NCBI RefSeq assembly: GCF_006345805.1
Contig: NW_021828257.1
Coordinates: 1 to 8,695, forward strand
Source: Octopus sinensis
Taxonomy: Eukaryota
Length of the DNA stretch: 8,695 nt
Direction of reading: 5' to 3'
Shown: in pieces, positions 1 through 6,439 of the stretch
How positions within the stretch are numbered: position 1 is the stretch's first letter
Layout: each line of letters starts with the position of its first letter
Made by a program: the position numbers and the translations under genes
The notes under the pieces: generated by a model
What the model was told of the DNA's origin: nothing
The model's database searches: none
Seen by the model: only the letters and a program-made list of their open reading frames with translations

Positions 1-23
1 TGTTACCTATTATTATTATGATG

Positions 24-68
<45 letters not shown>

Positions 69-190
69 TTGTTACTACTATACTACTATATACACTATTA
101 TATTATTATTATATATTATTATATTATTATATTATTATTATTATTATTGCTGTTGTTGTTGTTATTGTTGTCATTGTTACTATTATTTTT
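1..190. repeat. Interrupted (ATT)n microsatellite grading into (TAC)/(GTT) variants
   Basis: Directly visible trinucleotide runs; they explain the poly-I/poly-L ORF 18..200. Confidence 0.95.
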
Positions 191-600
191 AGGCAAATAA
201 ACAGAGCATCACCTTGCAGGTAGAGCCCAGTTACAATTTTCTTCAGGTCGAGTAGCCCATCCCGCTCAAAAGTTCCCTGAATAAGGGTTGTTTGAGGATG
301 TTGAACGAAATACCCATGTTTACCAAAGGTGAATTATACAAACCACAAAGAATTTCTCCCCACACATGGCTATGACGCTACCCCACTACTTCTGCTCGTG
401 ATCAGACATGCACATGTTACCAGCCACTAAGCGACATGCTCAACTGGTTACGGTCAAACAACTGACAAGCAAATCTGTGGTATTGAGCAGAATATTTGCT
501 GTAGCCCATCTTTTATACCAAGGCAAAACAATGTACATGATAACACTTCCAATCAGTTAAGATCAGAAGCCACGAGAGCCACTGCCTGGAACGGCATCAA
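191..600 (-). mobile_element. Non-coding interspersed repeat fragment (~410 bp), class uncertain
   Basis: A higher-complexity island between two trinucleotide arrays, with no ORF. It resembles a high-copy octopus repeat that I recall ending in (AAT)n on this strand. The family identity and strand come from memory and are unverified. Confidence 0.5.
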
Positions 601-606
601 GTCTTT

Positions 607-842
607 TATCATCATCATCATCATCCTCATCATTATTATTATTATTATTATTATTATATTATTATTATTATTATATATCATTATCATTATCATTATTTAT
701 TATCATTATTATTATTATTATTATTATTTAATTATCATTATTATTATTCATTATTATTATTAATTATATTATATTATTATTATTATTATTATTATCATCA
801 TCATCATTATTATTATATTATTATTATTATTATGATATCATC
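607..842. repeat. Compound (CAT)n/(TAT)n microsatellite
   Basis: Directly visible. Confidence 0.95.
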
Positions 843-855
843 AAACTACTACATA

Positions 856-1605
856 ACTTAACTTGCAGGAATGTTATCTTGATGTCTAGTAACAACAAGT
901 CTCCTCAAATCTGAAGAAATATCTTTCAGTCTTGTAAGAAACATCTTGGGTGATATGCCAAGTGCGCGAAATTACCCCAAGAATAATTATTTTCTTTGTC
1001 TTCCACAGTCTCTTCAGATTCTGATATTTCTCAAATCTTTTCAATTTCTTTGATATCGACTCTGATCTCATTGCAAAGTCTATGATCTTACACTCTTTGT
1101 TTATGTTCTGCTATATAATCATATCTTGTCTTCTTGTTTCAATAATATAATCAGTATTTTTTAGAAAATCCCTTAAGATCTTATAATTTTCATTCTCTCC
1201 AACTGCATCTAGTTCGATACCAAATTCCTGGTTTGTCGAAGCCACACAATCCCATAACATCCAACACTCTTTTAACATCACAGTCATGTTTATGTTTATA
1301 CTCTTTTTGTGCTAGTATACTACACTCGTTCAAGAGATGGATGATATTTCCATCTCTTTTCCTGCAAATTCTATATTTGCAGTCTAATTGAACATGCGCA
1401 ATCATTACCTTTTCAGCTTCGTTCTAATGTCTTGTTCCTGAGCGGCTATAATTAGTTTTTCTGTTTCTCATTTTCCGTCCATTAGCTAGGGCGTTCTTTA
1501 TTTCCAGCACTTTCGATTTGCTGCATAAATTGTTAATGTATTTTCATTTCTTTCTATCTGCTTCTTCTATTTTCCTTCCATCCCTTCTTCAATTCAGTAG
1601 TCTTT
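856..1605 (-). pseudogene. Degenerate 3' end of an R4/Dong-clade non-LTR retrotransposon ORF (post-RT region, CCHC zinc knuckle, restriction-like endonuclease)
   Basis: Minus-strand translation across frameshifts and stops gives, in order: KEMKIH*QF, IIAAQEQDIRT, YRIC-x7-IHLLNECSILAQKEYKHKHD (decayed CCHC, 1375-1322), ENENYKILRDF-NTDYIIETRRQDMII, KECKIIDFA (D at 1080), EKYQNLKRLWK (1032), ALGISPKMFLTRLKDI. These match the R4/Dong motifs HGQF, IAAQDQ, CRxC-H-C-LAQxEYxxRHD, WDF-TD-RPD, IID, EKY, GALG in the right order and spacing. Confidence 0.9.
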
Positions 1606-1628
1606 GAGGCATCACTAGCTACCGATAT

Positions 1629-1675
<47 letters not shown>

Positions 1676-1735
1676 GTGTTGCTGTTGTCATTGTTATTAT
1701 TATTATTATTCTCCACCTTGATCATCATCGCCATC

Positions 1736-1766
<31 letters not shown>

Positions 1767-1780
1767 TCATCATCATCATA
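1629..1780. repeat. Compound microsatellite (TAC)15 + (GTT/TAT) + (CAT)n
   Basis: (TAC)15 at 1629-1673, then short TAT and CAT runs. Confidence 0.95.
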
Positions 1781-1915
1781 ATTATCAGTGTTTATAGTCG
1801 TCACGTCTGCATACGAGCAATTATAATGTCTGACATTTAAACATGAATGCACTTCTATCAACATGCACCTAATAAATGTATTTTAAAGTAATCTGTTGTT
1901 ACTTTGCATCAAACG

Positions 1916-1917
<2 letters not shown>

Positions 1918-1965
<48 letters not shown>
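1918..1965. repeat. (TAT)16 microsatellite
   Basis: Perfect run; source of the poly-Y/poly-I ORFs. Confidence 0.95.
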
Positions 1966-1968
<3 letters not shown>

Positions 1969-2521
1969 ATGTTCACACCCATTGACGTTATAAGGCTTGC
2001 TGTGATGGCAATGCACGGGTATGTGTTTGCATCTAGGCGTGTTCATACGTGTGTGTGGGGGGCTGGGGGTAGGGTGTATGCATGTATGTATGTGTAGAAG
2101 TATATGTATGTATCGCAAATACATGTGAATGTACTGCAGAAATATTGTGTAACTGGGCGTCAGTTAAACACGCAACAGTCGATGTCAGCTACGTAGCTAA
2201 GATGCCTGTCCATGTAATTTCATATCTTACAACACTTTCACGTTCCTGCAATAACGATATCGTCGCCGCTATTATCTTCAAATATCAATGTGCTTCAAGA
2301 CCTCAAATTGTTCTTACACTTTTGATTAAAAGCATTTTAACTTTCTGTTGGTGGTGAGTCAAAAGCCAGATTATGTGCATGGTACATCATAAGTACTATT
2401 AGCGATTTATAAGTTATAATGGCGGTTATAAAGAATATTAGTGGGTGGATCTCCATTGGTTTCGTAAGTAAGTATATTGTTCCATTACCAGAACCTTCTG
2501 CTTATTGAATTAGCGATTAGT

Positions 2522-2743
2522 GCAAAGCGGTGAGCTGGCAGAAACGTTAGCACGCCGGGTGAAAGGCTTAGTGCTATTTCGTCTGTCTTTATGCTCTGCG
2601 TTCAAAGTGCGCCGAAGTCGACTTTGCCTTTCATCGTTTCGGGATCGATAAATTAAATACCAGTTGCGTACTGGGGTCGACCTAATCGACTCGTTTCCTA
2701 CCCCAAAATTTCAGGCCTTGTGCCTAGAGTAGAAAAGAATATT
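2522..2743 (+). mobile_element. tRNA-derived SINE (family 1), unit 1 of tandem array
   Basis: Head GCGGTGAGCTGGCAGAAACGTTAG (A-box-like), GTTCAAA (B-box-like), 3' end CCTTGTGCCTAGAGTAGAAAAGAATATT; homologous to four or five other copies in the window. Confidence 0.85.
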
Positions 2744-2759
2744 AAATTACTGGGGTGCA

Positions 2760-2989
2760 GGCGGCGAGCTGGCAGAAACGTTAGCACGCCGGGCGAAATT
2801 CTTAGCGGTATTTCGTCTGTCTTTACGTTCTGCGTTCAAATTGCGCCGAGGTCGACTTTGCCTTTCATCCTTTCGGGGTCGATTAAATAAGTACCAGTTA
2901 CGCACTGGGGTCGATATAATCGACTTAATCCGTTTGTCTGTCCTTCTTTGTCCTCTCTTTGTTTAGCCCCTTGTGGGTAGTAAAGAAAT
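2760..2989 (+). mobile_element. tRNA-derived SINE (family 1), unit 2, alternative 3' end
   Basis: Same head and body as units 1 and 4, but ends TTAATCCGTTTGTCTG...GCCCCTTGTGGGTAGTAAAGAAAT. Confidence 0.85.
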
Positions 2990-3161
2990 CGGTATTTCGT
3001 CTGTCTTTACGTTCTGCGTACAAATTGCTCCGAGGTCGACTTTGCCTTTCATTCTTTCAGGGTCGATAAATTATGTACCAGTTACGTACTGGGGTCAATA
3101 TAATCGACTGGCCTCCTCCCCAAAAATTTCAGGCCTTGTGCCTAGAGTAGAAAAGAATATT
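2990..3161 (+). mobile_element. Headless SINE (family 1), unit 3, fused directly to unit 2 (dimer)
   Basis: Starts at CGGTATTTCGTCTG with no A box and has the same 3' end as units 1 and 4. Confidence 0.85.
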
Positions 3162-3177
3162 AAATTACTGGGGTGAA

Positions 3178-3389
3178 GGCGACGAGCTGGCAGAATCGTT
3201 AGCACGCCGGGCGAAATGCTTAGCGGTATTTCGTCTGTCTTTACGTTCTGCGTTCAAATTGCACCGAGGTCGACTTTGCCTTTCATCTTTCGGAGTCGAT
3301 AAATTAAGTACCAGTTGCGTACTGGTGTCGGTCTAATCGAATGGTCCCCCCACCCCCAAAATTTCTGGCCTCGTGCCTAGAGTAGAAAA
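3178..3389 (+). mobile_element. tRNA-derived SINE (family 1), unit 4
   Basis: Full head GGCGACGAGCTGGCAGAATCGTTAG through CCTAGAGTAGAAAA. Confidence 0.85.
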
Positions 3390-3477
3390 GAATTAGCGAT
3401 AAGTTTATAAGTGGGTGAATATATTACAGGAAAAGGGTACTTCAGATACGGGTCGCGTTGACATTATCAATACTCTA

Positions 3478-3687
3478 TTCTACCACAGACGCAATGACTG
3501 AAATTTTGGTGAGAAGTGTGGTTGATTACATCAACCCAAGAGCTCAACTGGTACTTATTTTGTGAACCCCGAAAGGATGTGAGGCAAAGATGACCTCGGC
3601 GGATTCTGAACTCAGAACGTAACTCCGGAAGAATTGCCACTAAGCATTTTCTCCGGCATGCTAGCGGTTCTGTCAGCTCACTGCCTT
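3478..3687 (-). mobile_element. Older, diverged family 1 SINE in opposite orientation
   Basis: Reverse complement reads AAGGCAGTGAGCTGACAGAACCGCTAGCATGCCGG...TTACGTTCTGAGTTCAGAATCCGCCGAGGTC...AATAAGTACCAGTTG...CCAAAATTTCAG. It is collinear with units 1-4 at roughly 70% identity by eye. Confidence 0.85.
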
Positions 3688-3952
3688 CCTATGTAAAGTA
3701 AAAAAATTTTGTTTGCGTTGCGTTCAAGGTCACCTTAACTATATACATAATACAAAATATAACAACCTAGATAAACAAAACTTCGTAGAAGAGGGGAAAG
3801 ATTTTTAAAAATGTAAAAGTAAAAAATAAAATAAAATAAAAACAAACACATAGATAAACACAATGATGCATATTAACTCAAATACATATATAAATACACT
3901 AACGCACATTAACACATACACGTAAATGAATACACCAGTTACACTGACACAT

Positions 3953-4220
3953 GGTACTCCGTCGGTTACGACGACGAGTGTTCCGGTTGACCCGATGAAC
4001 TGAACAGTCCATTCTTAAAATTAACGTGCAAGTGGCTGAGTACTCCACGGACACGTGTACCTTTAACGTAATTCTCAGGGAGATTCAGCATGACACAGAA
4101 TGTGACAAGGCCGGCCCTTTTGAATTACAGGTACTACTCATTTTTGACAGCTGAGTTGACTCGAGGAATGTGAAATAAAGTGTCTTGCTCAAGAACATAA
4201 TTCGCCGCCGGGAATCGAAC
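3953..4220 (-). mobile_element. tRNA-derived SINE (family 2), 5'-truncated inside the tRNA head
   Basis: The minus strand starts with a B box GTTCGATTCCC (4220-4210), followed by TGTTCTTGAGCAAGACACTT, which resembles the CORE/V-type central SINE domain. The A box is missing. Confidence 0.75.
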
Positions 4221-4292
4221 GTAGATAAATTCACACGCTATCGAATTAATAAATACCACATATGTAAATAAGCAAACTAACACGCATGGCGC

Positions 4293-4308
4293 ATATATAT
4301 ATATATAG

Positions 4309-4361
<53 letters not shown>

Positions 4362-4372
4362 TATGTATATAT
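4293..4372. repeat. (TA)n microsatellite
   Basis: Directly visible, slightly interrupted. Confidence 0.95.
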
Positions 4373-4529
4373 TACAGGGCAAGACTGCTAGATAGTCTGC
4401 CGCATGCTAGAAATAGATCATCAACGATCAAACTACAAAGAAAGTTCTCTAGAGGAAAAAATTCAGCGAACACCAGAACCAAATTTGGCGGGCAGGACAG
4501 ATGAAAATTTATATAAAAAAACAGAATTA

Positions 4530-4606
4530 ATTGCATACCTCGGTTTCGGCCTTTAACAACAGAATTACCTACGTAATTCAAGTGTCCGTGGCCTCATCAG
4601 TGCAAT
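4530..4606 (-). ncRNA. Type I hammerhead ribozyme
   Basis: Minus strand: AUUGCA (stem I, 4606-4601), CUGAUGA (4600-4594), GGCC...GGCC (stem II, 4593-4590/4551-4548), GAA, ACC-GA-GGU (stem III), A (H17, 4536), UGCAAU (stem I, 4535-4530). All conserved core bases and all three helices are present. Predicted cleavage is GUA| between 4536 and 4535. Confidence 0.9.
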
Positions 4607-4698
4607 CGTTCAGTGTAAATGCAATCTACACAACTAACCCCAGCTCTCTGTGCCAAAACAGACACGTATTTAGTTTTACCGATTACATTAGGGATAAA

Positions 4699-4715
4699 AT
4701 ATATATATATATATA

Positions 4716-4755
<40 letters not shown>
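4699..4755. repeat. (AT)n + (GT)19 microsatellite
   Basis: Directly visible. Confidence 0.95.
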
Positions 4756-4757
<2 letters not shown>

Positions 4758-4958
4758 AGGCGCAATGGCCCAGTGGTTAGGGCAACGGACTCGCGGTCGT
4801 AGGATCGCGGTTTCGATTCCCAGGCCGAGCGTTGCGAGTGTTTATTGAGCGAAAACACCTAAAAAGCTCTACGATGCTCCGGCAGGGGGTGGTGATTCCT
4901 GCTGTACTCTTTCACCACTCTTTCTTCTCATGCTCTGGTCGGTCACGTGATCACGTGA
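4756..4958 (+). mobile_element. tRNA(Arg-like)-derived SINE (family 3), internally deleted, ending in TCACGTGATCACGTGA + (TA)n
   Basis: A box TGGCCCAGTGG (4766-4776), B box GTTTCGATTCC (4810-4820). The 3' tip 4934-4972 is identical in inverted orientation to 6144-6182. The internal deletion is inferred from the longer 3' part in that second copy. Confidence 0.8.
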
Positions 4959-4969
4959 TATATATATAT

Positions 4970-5035
4970 ATAGTATAGTGGTAAGTATCCCCGCCTGTCA
5001 CGCGGGAGACCGGGTTTCAATTCCCCGCCGGGGAG
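4970..5035 (+). pseudogene. tRNA-Asp(GTC) pseudogene or tRNA-derived head lacking the first six acceptor-stem bases
   Basis: ATAGTATAGTGGTAAGTATCCCCGCCTGTCACGCGGGAGACCGGGTTTCAATTCCCCGCCGGGGAG is near-identical to metazoan tRNA-Asp. The anticodon arm is CCCGC-CT-GTC-AC-GCGGG (GTC at 4997-4999). The 5' TCCTCG is replaced by (TA)n, and G53 of the T arm/B box is T. Confidence 0.9.
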
Positions 5036-5060
5036 ACGTTAACGCTGTCTTTATTTCTTT

Positions 5061-5114
5061 GAATGGCAATACCCCAGCATGGCCACAGCTCGTGAGCTGA
5101 AACTAGATGAAATG

Positions 5115-5163
<49 letters not shown>

Positions 5164-5212
5164 TGTGTGGCCACAGCTCGTGAGCTGAAACTAGATGAAA
5201 TGAAATGAAATG

Positions 5213-5248
<36 letters not shown>

Positions 5249-5322
5249 TTGTGTGTGGCCACAGCTCGTGAGCTGAAACTAGATGAAATGAAATGAAATG
5301 ATATATGTGTGTGTTTGTGTGT
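5061..5322 (+). repeat. LINE/SINE-type 3' tail (stem-loop + (ATGAA)n) plus (GT)n, triplicated with an 88-bp period
   Basis: TGGCCACAGCTCGTGAGCTGAAACTAGATGAAATGA starts at 5080, 5168 and 5256. Each copy carries the hairpin CAGCT-CGTG-AGCTG (first at 5086-5099). Confidence 0.85.
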
Positions 5323-5339
5323 TTACACTTTTTCGATAT

Positions 5340-5898
5340 CAGTGACTTTTCGTCACTGGAAAAAGGATATATATTTGCATCGGGAACCTGCTTTTCATCG
5401 ACAACCGGTGATTATCACACGTCTCATACTCAAATCTTCAGTGATAATGGATTGAACTGAATGATAACTAATCTGCACGTCCTCTGATAACTCATGGATG
5501 ATGATTCGACGATTTTCCTCACAGCTGCTCGCAAATCTGCAATGCGTTTCTCAGTTCTTCTGCCTGCTGGCCTCCCAGAACCTTCATCACTATTGTCATT
5601 TCTTAAGCCATTTTGGCAGCGTCAGAAGGACTCGTACACTTGTCTGCGTCCCATGTGCTCCTCTCCATACACTTTCTGCAACTTTGTGTAGGATTCTGAG
5701 CAGGTATCGCCATGACAACGTTTTCTGCCATGTAAATGCGACGGTCACACACTACACACATCCCTTCCAAGCACTGCTGTAAGCCGTGGAATTAATGTAC
5801 AACGTTAAAACTTGGTGGGCATGCACAGCAAAATTCATACTGCATGGTTTAGCTTCGTTACTTAGGCAACAGTCTGGACACTTATGGATCAAACTTCG
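5340..5898 (-). mobile_element. Mariner-like DNA transposon relic (5' TIR, decayed HTH region and start of catalytic domain)
   Basis: Minus-strand translation gives GDTCSESYTKLQKVYGEEHMGRRQVYESF*RCQNGLRNDNSDEGSGRP (5711-5568), then a frameshift and ENRRIIIHELSEDVQISYHSVQSIITEDLSMRRV. This is fused to IITG..DE (first catalytic Asp region) and PVTKS. The element starts TA|CGAAGTTTGATCCATAAGT at 5898, next to (TA)n. No 3' TIR is seen. Confidence 0.88.
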
Positions 5899-5929
<31 letters not shown>

Positions 5930-5930
5930 G

Positions 5931-6439
5931 TACTCTTTTACTGTTTTACTTGTTTCAGCGATTTGAGTGCGGCCATTCGAACAAATCGACCCCATAATTT
6001 ATACTTCGTAAACTTAATACTTATTCTATCCTTTGCTTTTGCTGAACCGGTAAATTACGGGGACATAAATTGTCAAGCGATGTCGGCAAGACAAACACAG
6101 ACACACAAACCCCCCCACACACACACACATACACACACATGTATATATATATATATATCACGTGATCACGTGACCGACCAGACCATCAGATGTTGTTACA
6201 CATCGCTGGTCACAATGCGTTCGCATTGTTTTAGCCTTCGAATGACGCCACCCCGCTGGTTAAGCGAGCAGGCCAATATATATTTATATATATATATACA
6301 TGTAGATATATATTTTTTTTTGACGGGTTTCTTTCAGTTTCCGTCTACCATATCCACTCACAAGGCCGAAGACTATAGTAGAACCCGGAACCATGTGGGT
6401 GGTAAGCAAGCTACCAACCACACAGCTACTCCTACCCTA
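5931..6439 (-). mobile_element. tRNA-derived SINE (family 4) with an internal (TA)/(CA) microsatellite, split by a nested insertion
   Basis: The head at 6439-6322 (GGAGTAGCTGTGTGG A-box-like; B box cut after GGTTC) and the tail at 6110-5931 (ending GCTGAAACAAGTAAAACAGTAAAAGAG) are collinear on the same strand. Treating them as one element relies partly on my recollection of the octopus family. Confidence 0.65.
6158..6276 (-). mobile_element. 5'-truncated family 3 SINE (3' part only) nested in the (TA)n of the family 4 SINE
   Basis: Shares a perfect inverted match with the 3' tip of the 4756-4958 copy and is flanked by (TA)n on both sides. Confidence 0.75.

Noticed and set aside
372-437. Partial HDV-like ribozyme motifs on the + strand (TGCTCGT loop, CTAA followed by GCGACAT pairing with ATGACGC)
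   Set aside because: P3 pairs only 2 of 3, no adequate P1 5' strand is present in this copy, and an 11-nt linker separates the putative P2 and P3, which the HDV fold does not allow. It is worth re-testing only on the family consensus.
2187-2198. 12-bp palindrome AGCTACGTAGCT
   Set aside because: About two such palindromes are expected by chance in 8.7 kb, and there is no supporting context.
2398-2450. Partial similarity (ATTAGCGAT...TTATAA...GTGGGTG) to the right flank of the SINE array at 3392-3417
   Set aside because: The match is short, AT-rich and gapped, and cannot be distinguished from chance or an old local duplication.
2351-2473. Splice-donor-like GTGAGT (2354) and GTAAGT (2464, 2468)
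   Set aside because: No convincing upstream exon or acceptor, and such hexamers are common.
4669-4686. Minus-strand peptide VIGKTK upstream of the hammerhead resembling the YIG motif of GIY-YIG
   Set aside because: There is no upstream GIY/VVY motif or downstream R/E-H in register, and the frame is short, so chance is likely.
4970-5035. Functional tRNA-Asp gene
   Set aside because: The 5' acceptor strand is absent, G53 is mutated and there is no T4 terminator.
5080-5322. CRISPR-like repeat-spacer pattern
   Set aside because: The context is eukaryotic, the 'spacers' are (GT)n microsatellite and there are no cas genes.
5340-5358. Hairpin CAGTGAC-TTTTC-GTCACTG
   Set aside because: It lies in mariner coding relic (PVTKS), and 7-bp stems are expected by chance at this window size.
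4931-6276. Inversion or TIR element bounded by the 39-bp inverted repeat
   Set aside because: The repeat is the 3' tip of two opposed SINE copies. The family 4 SINE head and tail remain collinear across the supposed right breakpoint.
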